Shown: positions 6,639 to 14,488 of the stretch, in pieces
How positions within the stretch are numbered: position 1 is the first letter of the stretch
How the letters are laid out: each line of letters begins with the position of its first letter
Assembly: GCA_016218805.1 (NCBI GenBank)
Contig: JACRCW010000023.1
Location: 1 to 46,608, forward strand
Source: Deltaproteobacteria bacterium
Lineage (GTDB): Bacteria > Myxococcota > JACRCW01
Length of the DNA: 46,608 nucleotides
Direction of reading: 5' to 3'
Translations under genes and position numbers: made by a program
Notes under the pieces: generated by a model
Databases searched by the model: none
What the model was told of the DNA's origin: nothing
The model's input: the letters and a program-made list of their open reading frames with translations, nothing else

Positions 6639-9056
6639 ATGAGCACCTACCAGCACTGCCAGGTCATACCCTTCACCAAGCTGACGCTGAAGGACCTCCA
6701 CGAGCTGTGCAGCCAGCGGCACTGGTCCATCACCCAGGTGGAGGCCCGGGCCATCCAGGCGCACTTCAAGAAGCTCAAGCGCGAACCCACCGACGTGGAG
6801 ATGGAGACGCTGGCGCAGACCTGGAGCGAACACTGCAAGCACAAGACGCTCACCAGCCCCATCACCTACAAGGAGCGTGACGCCGACGGGCGGACCCGGA
6901 TGCACAAGTTTGGGAACCTGCTCAAGGAGACCATCTTTGAAGCCACCCGCCGGGTGAACGCGCCGCAGTGCCTGAGCGTGTTTGAGGACAACGCGGGGGT
7001 GGTGGCGCTCAACGCCAAGTGGGCGGTGGCCTTCAAGGTGGAGACGCACAACCATCCCTCTGCGCTGGAGCCGTACGGTGGCGCCGCCACCGGCGTGGGC
7101 GGCGTCATCCGGGACATCCTGGGCGTGGGCCGCGGAGCGCACCCCATTGCCAACACGGACGTGTTCTGCGTGGGGCCGCTGGACTTTGGCGGGGAGATCC
7201 CCGCGGGCCGGTTCCACCCGCGCCGCACGCTGCGCCAGGTCACGGCCGGCGTGCGGGATTACGGCAACCGCATGGGCATCCCCACGGTGGCCGGCGCGCT
7301 GCACGTGCACCACGGCTTCCTGCACAACCCGCTGGTGTTCGCCGGGACCATTGGCCTGATGCCGCGCACCGTCATCACCAAGTCCGTGGCCCCCGGTGAC
7401 CTGGTCATTGTTCTGGGCGGGCAGACGGGGCGGGATGGGATCCACGGCGCCACCTTTTCCTCCGCCGCGCTGGATGATGCCTCCCCCACGTCCGCCGTGC
7501 AGGTGGGCAATGCGGTGGAGGAGAAGAAAGTCATGGACGTGCTGCTGGCCGCGCGCGACCAGAAGCTGTTCCGCGCGGTGACGGACTGCGGCGCGGGCGG
7601 TTTCTCCTCCGCGGTGGGCGAGCTGGGCGCGCGCATTGGTGCGGAGGTCCACCTGGAGCGCACCCCGCTCAAGCACCAGGGCATGACGCCGTGGGAGATC
7701 TGGATCAGCGAAAGCCAGGAACGCATGGTGCTGGCCGTCCCGCCCAAGAACTGGCCGCTGCTCAAGGCGCTGTGTGATGCGGAGGACGTGGAGGCGTTTG
7801 AGCTGGGCACGTTCAAGGACACCGGCCGCCTGCAGGTGTTCTTCCAGGGCGAGCGCGTAGCGGACATCACCATGAGCTTCCTGCATGACGGCCTGCCGCG
7901 CGCCATGCAGCGCGCCGAGTGGAACGCGCCCCGCCCCGCCGTGGGCCGCGTGGTGCGCCGGGCCAATGGCGCCGCGCTGCACTGGCCTGAGGCCGGCGAG
8001 AAGCTGCGCCAGCTGTTGGGCCATCCCAACACGTGTTCGCGCGCGTGGATCATCCGCCAGTATGACCACGAGGTGCAGGGCCAGACCGTCCAGAAGCCCT
8101 TCACCGGCACCCATGGCGGCCCGTCCGACGCGTCCATCCTGTGGCCCATCGTCGTCACCGGGGAGAAGGCCATTCCCGGGATCGCCGTGGCCATGGGGCT
8201 GACCGTGGGCGCGCCGGACCCGTACGTGGGCGCGGTGGAGGCGGTGGATGAAGCGCTGCGCAATCTCGCGTGTGTGGGTGCGGACACGCGCAAGGCCTCG
8301 CTGCTGGACAACTTCTGCTGGGGTGACATGCGCAACGCCAACGAGCTGGGGTCGCTCACGCGCGCGTCCATGGGCTGCCACGACGCTGCGGTGGCGCACG
8401 GCGTCCCGTTCATCTCCGGCAAGGACAGCCTGAACAACACGTACGTGGACGCCACCGGCCGCCGCCATTCCATTCCCGGCACCCTGCTCATCAGCGCCAT
8501 CTGCCCCATTGAGATGGAGCAGCGCCTCACGGCGGAGTTCAAGGCGCCTGACCACCCGGTGTTCCTGCTGGCCCCCAAGAAGCCCGGGCTGGCCAGTTCG
8601 CGCGCGGTGTTTGATGCGCTGCACTCCGCCATGGAAGCGGGCCACATCCTGGCCTGCCATGACGTCAGCGAAGGCGGCATGGCGGTCACCTGCGCGGAGA
8701 TGGCGTTTGCTTCCGGCGTGGGCCTGGAGCTCACCACCGGCAACGAGGACGACGGCGACGAGCTGCCGTTCTTTGAGGAAGGCGTGACGCGCTTCATGGT
8801 GGAGGTGGAGCCGGGCCGCGAGAAGAAGCTGCTGGGGCTGTTCAAGGACCTGCTGTGCCGCCAGGTGGGCGTGACCGTGAAGGCCGCGGTGCTGCGCGTG
8901 AAGGACAAGGGCGGCCGCGTGCTGGTGGAGGAAGGACTGGACGCGTTGCGGGAGGCGTGGTCCGCCACACTGCCGCGCGCCATGGACGGCGGCGAACCGG
9001 TGCGCGTGGGGCGGCCCCCCGTCATTGGTCTGCCGCAGGGGGAAATCTCTGCATGA
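6639..9056 (+). CDS. purL: Phosphoribosylformylglycinamidine synthase subunit PurL
   Basis: QTWSEHCKHK, FEDNAG, KVETHNHPSALEPYGGAATGVGGVIRD, TGRDGIHGA, DCGAGG, SESQERM, QYDHEV, DNFCWG, ISGKDS. Confidence 0.96.
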   Translation: MSTYQHCQVIPFTKLTLKDLHELCSQRHWSITQVEARAIQAHFKKLKREPTDVEMETLAQTWSEHCKHKTLTSPITYKERDADGRTRMHKFGNLLKETIFEATRRVNAPQCLSVFEDNAGVVALNAKWAVAFKVETHNHPSALEPYGGAATGVGGVIRDILGVGRGAHPIANTDVFCVGPLDFGGEIPAGRFHPRRTLRQVTAGVRDYGNRMGIPTVAGALHVHHGFLHNPLVFAGTIGLMPRTVITKSVAPGDLVIVLGGQTGRDGIHGATFSSAALDDASPTSAVQVGNAVEEKKVMDVLLAARDQKLFRAVTDCGAGGFSSAVGELGARIGAEVHLERTPLKHQGMTPWEIWISESQERMVLAVPPKNWPLLKALCDAEDVEAFELGTFKDTGRLQVFFQGERVADITMSFLHDGLPRAMQRAEWNAPRPAVGRVVRRANGAALHWPEAGEKLRQLLGHPNTCSRAWIIRQYDHEVQGQTVQKPFTGTHGGPSDASILWPIVVTGEKAIPGIAVAMGLTVGAPDPYVGAVEAVDEALRNLACVGADTRKASLLDNFCWGDMRNANELGSLTRASMGCHDAAVAHGVPFISGKDSLNNTYVDATGRRHSIPGTLLISAICPIEMEQRLTAEFKAPDHPVFLLAPKKPGLASSRAVFDALHSAMEAGHILACHDVSEGGMAVTCAEMAFASGVGLELTTGNEDDGDELPFFEEGVTRFMVEVEPGREKKLLGLFKDLLCRQVGVTVKAAVLRVKDKGGRVLVEEGLDALREAWSATLPRAMDGGEPVRVGRPPVIGLPQGEISA

Positions 9057-9769
9057 AGGCGCGCGTGCTGGTCCTGAGGGCCGCCGGCATCAACGGCGAC
9101 CTGGAGCTGGAAGCGGCCTTCCAGTGGGTGGGCGCCCAGACCGAGCGCGTGCACATCAACGCGCTCAGCCGCGGCGACAAGAAGCTCAACGAGTTTGACG
9201 TGCTGGCCCTGCCCGGCGGGTTCTCCTACGGGGACCACATTGCCGGCGGGCGCGTGCTGGCCAACGAGGTGCGCAAGCTGCGCGGGCTCAAGGAGTTTGT
9301 CAGCCAGGGGAAGCCCGTGCTGGGCATCTGCAACGGCTTCCAGGTGCTGGTGAAGAGCGGCCTGCTGCCCGGCAATCCCGGGGATCCGCAGACCGTCAGC
9401 CTCACGTTCAACGCCTCCGGGCGCTTTGAATGCCGCTGGACCAAGGTGAAGGTGGAAGGAAAGGGCCTGTTTACCAAGGGCCTGCCTGACGTCATTGATC
9501 TCCCCGTGGCGCACGGCGAAGGGCGGTTCGTGGCGCCGGACAAGGTGCTGGATTCCATCGATTCGCAGGTGGTGTTCCGGTACGTGGACAACCCGTCCGG
9601 GGCCATGCGCGACATTGCGGGCCTTTCCAACCGCAAGGGGAACGTGCTGGGCCTGATGCCGCACCCGGAGCGCTTCCTCACGGCGCTGCACCACCCCACG
9701 CGCAAGAAGGTCCCGGACCGCGAGCTGGGCCTGCAGATCATCAAGAACTGCGTTGACCACGTGAAGTGA
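9053..9769 (+). CDS. purQ: FGAM synthase glutaminase subunit PurQ
   Basis: PGGFSYGD, GICNGFQ, AHGEG, LMPHPER; ATGA overlap with purL. Confidence 0.96.
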   Translation: MKARVLVLRAAGINGDLELEAAFQWVGAQTERVHINALSRGDKKLNEFDVLALPGGFSYGDHIAGGRVLANEVRKLRGLKEFVSQGKPVLGICNGFQVLVKSGLLPGNPGDPQTVSLTFNASGRFECRWTKVKVEGKGLFTKGLPDVIDLPVAHGEGRFVAPDKVLDSIDSQVVFRYVDNPSGAMRDIAGLSNRKGNVLGLMPHPERFLTALHHPTRKKVPDRELGLQIIKNCVDHVK

Positions 9770-9772
9770 CGC

Positions 9773-11203
9773 ATGTGCGGCATCGTGGGCATCACCGATC
9801 ACCGCGAAGCCGCCCGGCTGACGCACCTGGCCCTGTTCTCCCAGCAGCACCGCGGGCAGGAATCTGCGGGAATTGCGGTGGCTCAAGGGGCAGTCCTGCG
9901 CGTGCACCGCGCCATGGGCCTGGTGCAGGACGTCCTGGGCGGGCTGGATTTCACCGCATTCAAGGGGAAGGCCGCCGTGGGGCACGTGCGCTATTCCACG
10001 GCGGGCGGGTCCCTGCTGGAAAACGCGCAACCCTTGTCCATGCAGGGCGTGCGCGGCGCCGTGGCGGTGGCGCACAACGGGAACCTGGTCAACGCGGTGG
10101 AGCTGCGCCAGGCGCTGGAGCGTGACGGCGCCATCTTCCAGGGCACCACGGACACGGAGGTGATCCTCCACCTGGTGGCGCGCGCGCCGGGCACGTACGA
10201 GGAGGCCGTGGCGACGGCGCTGCAGCAGTGCCGCGGGAGTTTTTCGCTGGTGTTCCTGGTGATCTCCGAGGGACGCACCCGCATGATTGCCGTGCGCGAT
10301 CCCTGGGGGTTCCGGCCGCTGGTCGTTGGGAAGCTGGGACGCGGGATGGCGTTTGCGTCTGAGACGTGCGCGCTGGACATGATTGGCGCGCGCTTCATCC
10401 GTGAATTGGAACCCGGCGAAATGGTGGTGGCCGAGAGCGGGCGGATGTCCTCGTCACGGCCGTTCCGGGCGGAGCGCAGCGCGGCGTGCGTGTTTGAACA
10501 GGTGTACTTTGCGCGGCCGGACAGCGTGGTGTTTGGCGCCACCGTGCAGGCCGCGCGCACGGAGATGGGACGGCAGCTGGCGCAGCAGATGGCCGGCGTG
10601 AAGGCGGACGCGGTGGTGCCGGTGCCGGACAGCGGAGTGCACGCGGCGCTGGGGTTTGCGGCCGCGTCCGGGATTCCGTTCCAGATGGGGCTCATCCGCA
10701 ACCACTACGTGGGGCGCACGTTCATCCAGCCCTCCCAGGTGATGCGTGAACTGTCCGTGCGCATGAAGCTGCATCCCGTGCGCGAAGTGCTGGAGAACCG
10801 GCGCGTCGTTCTCGTCGACGATTCCATTGTGCGCGGGACCACCAGCCGCAAGATCGTCCGGTTGCTGCGCCGCTGCCGCGTGAAGGAAGTCCACCTGGCC
10901 ATCTCCAGCCCGCCCATCATTGGCCCCTGTTACTACGGGATTGACACGCCGGCGGAGGACCAGCTCATCGCCGCGAACAAGACCAACGCGGAAATCGCGA
11001 AGTTCCTGGGCGTGGAATCGCTGACGTACCTGGAGCAGGACCGGCTGTTGGGTGCGGTGCGCACCGCCGCGCGGCGGCGCCCCGCTCCGCCGGACTACTG
11101 CACGGCGTGCTTCTCGCGTGACTACCCGACGGACGTGCCCACCGTCCCGCTGGGCCGCGTGGGCCGCACCTCCCTGCCCGTCCTGGCCGGGGGCACCGCG
11201 TGA
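9773..11203 (+). CDS. purF: Amidophosphoribosyltransferase
   Basis: N-terminal MCGIVG, QHRGQESAG, GHVRYST, AHNGNL, VDDSIVRGTT; Fe-S cysteines in CVFE, PCYYGID and CTAC. Confidence 0.97.
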   Translation: MCGIVGITDHREAARLTHLALFSQQHRGQESAGIAVAQGAVLRVHRAMGLVQDVLGGLDFTAFKGKAAVGHVRYSTAGGSLLENAQPLSMQGVRGAVAVAHNGNLVNAVELRQALERDGAIFQGTTDTEVILHLVARAPGTYEEAVATALQQCRGSFSLVFLVISEGRTRMIAVRDPWGFRPLVVGKLGRGMAFASETCALDMIGARFIRELEPGEMVVAESGRMSSSRPFRAERSAACVFEQVYFARPDSVVFGATVQAARTEMGRQLAQQMAGVKADAVVPVPDSGVHAALGFAAASGIPFQMGLIRNHYVGRTFIQPSQVMRELSVRMKLHPVREVLENRRVVLVDDSIVRGTTSRKIVRLLRRCRVKEVHLAISSPPIIGPCYYGIDTPAEDQLIAANKTNAEIAKFLGVESLTYLEQDRLLGAVRTAARRRPAPPDYCTACFSRDYPTDVPTVPLGRVGRTSLPVLAGGTA

Positions 11204-12513
11204 CCAGGCGCCTGCTGATTGAAGGCGGACGCGTGCTGGACCCGGCGCACGGGCTGGATGCCATCTGCGATGTGCTCATTGAGGACGGCGTGGTCCGCCA
11301 GGTGGCCCCGGCGCTGCGGCCGCATCTGCCGGAATCCGGAATTGAAGTGATACGCGCGCACGGGCGGTGGGTGCTGCCGGGCATTGTGGACATGCATGTG
11401 CACCTGCGCGAGCCCGGCCGCGAAGAGGACGAGACCATTGAATCCGGCACCCGCGCCGCCGCGCTGGGCGGGGTGACCACGGTGTTGTGCATGCCCAACA
11501 CGCTGCCGCCCGTGGACAACCCGGACAAGGTGGGCTGGGTGGCCAAGCGCGCCAAGGAGACAGCGTGGGTCCGCGTGCAGGTGGCGGGCGCCGTCACCGT
11601 GAACCAGGCAGGCGAGGAACTGGCACCCCTGGGTGGGATGGCGGACGCGGGCGCCATCGCATTCACGGATGACGGGAAACCCGTGTCCACCGCGGGCTTT
11701 GCGCTGCAATGCCTGGAGCGGTCGCACGTGCACGGGACGCGGCTCATTGAACACTGCGAGGACCCGTCGCTGTCCAACGGGGGCTGCATGAACGCGGGCC
11801 CCGTGGCCACGGCGAAGGGACTCAAGGGCATCCCCAATTCATCCGAATCCGCGCTGGCGGCGCGCGATATCGAAGTATTGCGCCGGACCCGCGGAAAGCT
11901 GCACCTGGCACACATCTCCACCGCGGAGACGCTGGGACTGCTGCGCCGCGCCAAGGAGGACGGCCTGGACGTGACGGGTGAGGTCTGCCCGCACCACTTC
12001 ACGCTGGCAGACGAAGACATCCCGGAGCTGGATACGCGTTACAAGATGAACCCGCCGCTGCGCTCGCGTGCGGATGTGGAGGCGCTGCAGCGCGCCATTG
12101 CAGGCGGCCTTGTTGACGTCATTGCCACCGACCACGCGCCCCACGCGGCGGAGAAGAAGGCCAAGCCGTTTGCGGAGGCGCCGTTTGGGATCATTGGTCT
12201 GGAGACGCTGGTGCCGCTGTCCCTGTCCCTGGTGCGCGCGGGCCTGCTGACGCCGCTGCGCTGGGCGCACCTGCTGACCGCGGGACCCGCAGCGGTGCTG
12301 GGGCTGCGCGGCGCGGGAACGCTTGCGCCGGGATCGGTGGCGGACCTCGTTGTGGTGGCGCCGGACCTGGAGCACCGCATGGACCTGTTCCGCTCCAAGT
12401 CGGACAACAGCCCGTTCCGGGGGAAACTCCTGCAGGGGTTTGCCACCACCACCGTCATTGGCGGGCGCGTGGTCATGCAGGACGGGGAACTGGTGCAGCG
12501 TCCGGATCTCTGA
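11200..12513 (+). CDS. pyrC: Dihydroorotase (type I)
   Basis: DMHVHLREPG, MPNT, HCED, KMNPPLR, ATDHAPH; GTGA overlap with purF. Confidence 0.95.
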   Translation: MTRRLLIEGGRVLDPAHGLDAICDVLIEDGVVRQVAPALRPHLPESGIEVIRAHGRWVLPGIVDMHVHLREPGREEDETIESGTRAAALGGVTTVLCMPNTLPPVDNPDKVGWVAKRAKETAWVRVQVAGAVTVNQAGEELAPLGGMADAGAIAFTDDGKPVSTAGFALQCLERSHVHGTRLIEHCEDPSLSNGGCMNAGPVATAKGLKGIPNSSESALAARDIEVLRRTRGKLHLAHISTAETLGLLRRAKEDGLDVTGEVCPHHFTLADEDIPELDTRYKMNPPLRSRADVEALQRAIAGGLVDVIATDHAPHAAEKKAKPFAEAPFGIIGLETLVPLSLSLVRAGLLTPLRWAHLLTAGPAAVLGLRGAGTLAPGSVADLVVVAPDLEHRMDLFRSKSDNSPFRGKLLQGFATTTVIGGRVVMQDGELVQRPDL

Positions 12514-12530
12514 CATGCAATCCCCGGCCC

Positions 12531-12697
12531 ACCACCCACCCCCCTCCACGACGTCGCTGCGCTCCGACTGCGGCACGCCTGCGGCCTGCCGCAAGGTCCC
12601 ATTCTCCTGCGCATGCACGCCCCTGGCGGGCATGCAGTACTGCCGCCCCCCTTGCGGGGGCGGTCGGCGACGCCAGTCGCCGGGTGGGGGGTGGGTG
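12531..12697. repeat. Family-1 REP-like units between pyrC and pyrD (truncated unit 12531-12576; accessory hairpin plus full unit 12611-12697)
   Basis: Near-identical to the reverse complements of about 50-84 and 128-207; hairpins CCGCCCCC-CTTGC-GGGGGCGG and CGGCGAC-GCCA-GTCGCCG. Confidence 0.85.
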
Positions 12698-12727
12698 ATT
12701 GATTCCCCCCTAGGCGGGGCCTGACGC

Positions 12728-13753
12728 ATGTACGCGCTGATAAAGCCGCTGTTCTTCCGCACGGACCCTGAGGACGCGCACGAGCGCATGATGCGCTTCA
12801 TCCGCACGCTGCCGTCCGTGCCGGGTGGACTGGCGCTGGTGCGCGCGGTCTACGGCGCACCCGCGCTCCCCGTTGACATCGGGGGGCTTAGGTTGCGCAA
12901 CCCCGTGGGCCTGGCGGCGGGGTTTGACAAGAACGCCGAAGCGATTCCCGCGTTGGCCGCGCTGGGGTTTGGTTTCTTGGAAGTGGGCACGCTCACGCGC
13001 CGTCCGCAGCCGGGCAACCCGCGGCCGCGCATGTTCCGCTATCCAGCGCTGGGTGCCGTGGTGAACCGGCTCGGGTTCAACAACGTGGGCGTGGAGGAGG
13101 CAGCAAGAACGCTTGAACGGGTGGAAAGGCCGGGAATTCCCATCGGCATCAACGTCGGGAAGAACGCCACCACGTCGCTGGAGGACGCGCCGGCGGAATA
13201 CGCGGAGTGCATCCGGATCCTGCTGCCGTACGGCGACTATTTCACGCTCAACATTTCCAGTCCCAACACGCAGGACCTCCGCAAGCTGCACGAGAACGAC
13301 CGGCTCCAAGCGCTCTTTGACGCGGTGCTGCCCGTGATGGGCGGGAAGAAGCCGCTGTTCCTCAAGCTATCGCCCGACGCGGAGCCGGCGGACCTGGAGA
13401 ACGCTGCGCGCATGGCGGCGGACCGGGGCGTGGGGCTCATCTGCACCAACACCACGGTGGACCGGACCGGGCTGGAGACGCTGGAAAAGGGCGGATTGTC
13501 TGGTGCCCCGCTCACGCGCCGCAGCACGGAAACGCTCAAGCGGGTGCTCGCCGCCGTGGACGGGCGGGTGCCGGTCATTGGCGTAGGCGGCATCATGTCC
13601 CCCGCGGATGCGCTGGAGAAGATGAACGCGGGCGCGGCGGCGGTGCAGGTGTACACGGGGCTCATCTACCGGGGGCCGGGGTTCGTGCGGGAACTGGTGA
13701 ACGCCCTGGGCAAGGAGGACGGATGGCGGAAGTCATCGTCGCGCTTGATGTGA
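12728..13753 (+). CDS. pyrD: Quinone-dependent dihydroorotate dehydrogenase (class 2)
   Basis: DPEDAH, NPVGLAAGFDKN, QPGNPRPRMFR, NRLGFNN, NISSPNT, GGLSG. Confidence 0.96.
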   Translation: MYALIKPLFFRTDPEDAHERMMRFIRTLPSVPGGLALVRAVYGAPALPVDIGGLRLRNPVGLAAGFDKNAEAIPALAALGFGFLEVGTLTRRPQPGNPRPRMFRYPALGAVVNRLGFNNVGVEEAARTLERVERPGIPIGINVGKNATTSLEDAPAEYAECIRILLPYGDYFTLNISSPNTQDLRKLHENDRLQALFDAVLPVMGGKKPLFLKLSPDAEPADLENAARMAADRGVGLICTNTTVDRTGLETLEKGGLSGAPLTRRSTETLKRVLAAVDGRVPVIGVGGIMSPADALEKMNAGAAAVQVYTGLIYRGPGFVRELVNALGKEDGWRKSSSRLM

Positions 13754-14394
13754 GCAGCGTGGAAGAAGCGGAGAAACTGGTCACGCAGCTTTCACCGGTC
13801 ATTCACTTCTACAAGGTGGGGCTGCAGTTGTTCATTGCACACCACGCGCGCGCGGTGGAGGCCGTGCGCCGCCACGGTGGCGACGTGTTCCTGGACCTGA
13901 AACTGCACGATATCCCCCAGACCGTGGCCAACGCGGTGAAAGAGACCGCGCGCCTGGGCGTGCACAGCGTGTCGTTCCACCTCTCCGGCGGCCGCGCGAT
14001 GATTGAAGCCGCCGCCGCGGTGCCGGGACGTCCCAAACTGTGGGGCGTGTCCGTGCTCACCAGCATGACGGATGAAGACCTGCGCGTGCTGGGCGGACGG
14101 ACGACGTCGACCCTGGTGCCGGACCTGGCGCGGATGGGCGCGGCCGCGGGCATGGACGGGCTGGTCTGCTCGGGGCACGAACTCCCGCTGCTGGACGGGA
14201 TCACACCGCGTCCGGTGCGGGTGGTGCCCGGCATCCGCGGTCCGGACGACGCCGTGGGTGACCAGAAACGCGTGATGACACCCGCTGAAGCGGCGGCCCG
14301 GGGCGCGGATTTCCTCGTTGTCGGGCGGCCCATCACGCACGCAAAGGACCCGCGGGCCGCGGCGGAACGGATCGTCGCTGACGCCGCTCGCTGA
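13723..14394 (+). CDS. pyrF: Orotidine-5'-phosphate decarboxylase
   Basis: IVALD, DLKLHDIPQTV, VPGIR, DQKRVMTP, VVGRPI; AAGGAGG RBS inside pyrD. Confidence 0.96.
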   Translation: MAEVIVALDVSSVEEAEKLVTQLSPVIHFYKVGLQLFIAHHARAVEAVRRHGGDVFLDLKLHDIPQTVANAVKETARLGVHSVSFHLSGGRAMIEAAAAVPGRPKLWGVSVLTSMTDEDLRVLGGRTTSTLVPDLARMGAAAGMDGLVCSGHELPLLDGITPRPVRVVPGIRGPDDAVGDQKRVMTPAEAAARGADFLVVGRPITHAKDPRAAAERIVADAAR

Positions 14395-14488
14395 GGGCGT
14401 ATCCCCGCCCGACTGACGCCGTTGCGCCGCGGCGCGCGACCGTTACCTCACGCACTTCATTCCACTGGGGGCAGTTGGGGAGTGCAGG

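Noticed and set aside
6507..10171. Very long antisense ORFs (717 aa and 970 aa) over purL, purQ and purF
   Set aside because: Shadow ORFs caused by GC3 bias; the sense strand carries unambiguous enzyme motifs.
12514..12727. PyrR-type attenuator or riboswitch before pyrD
   Set aside because: No PyrR-binding consensus or U-tailed terminator seen; the hairpins match the dispersed repeat family.
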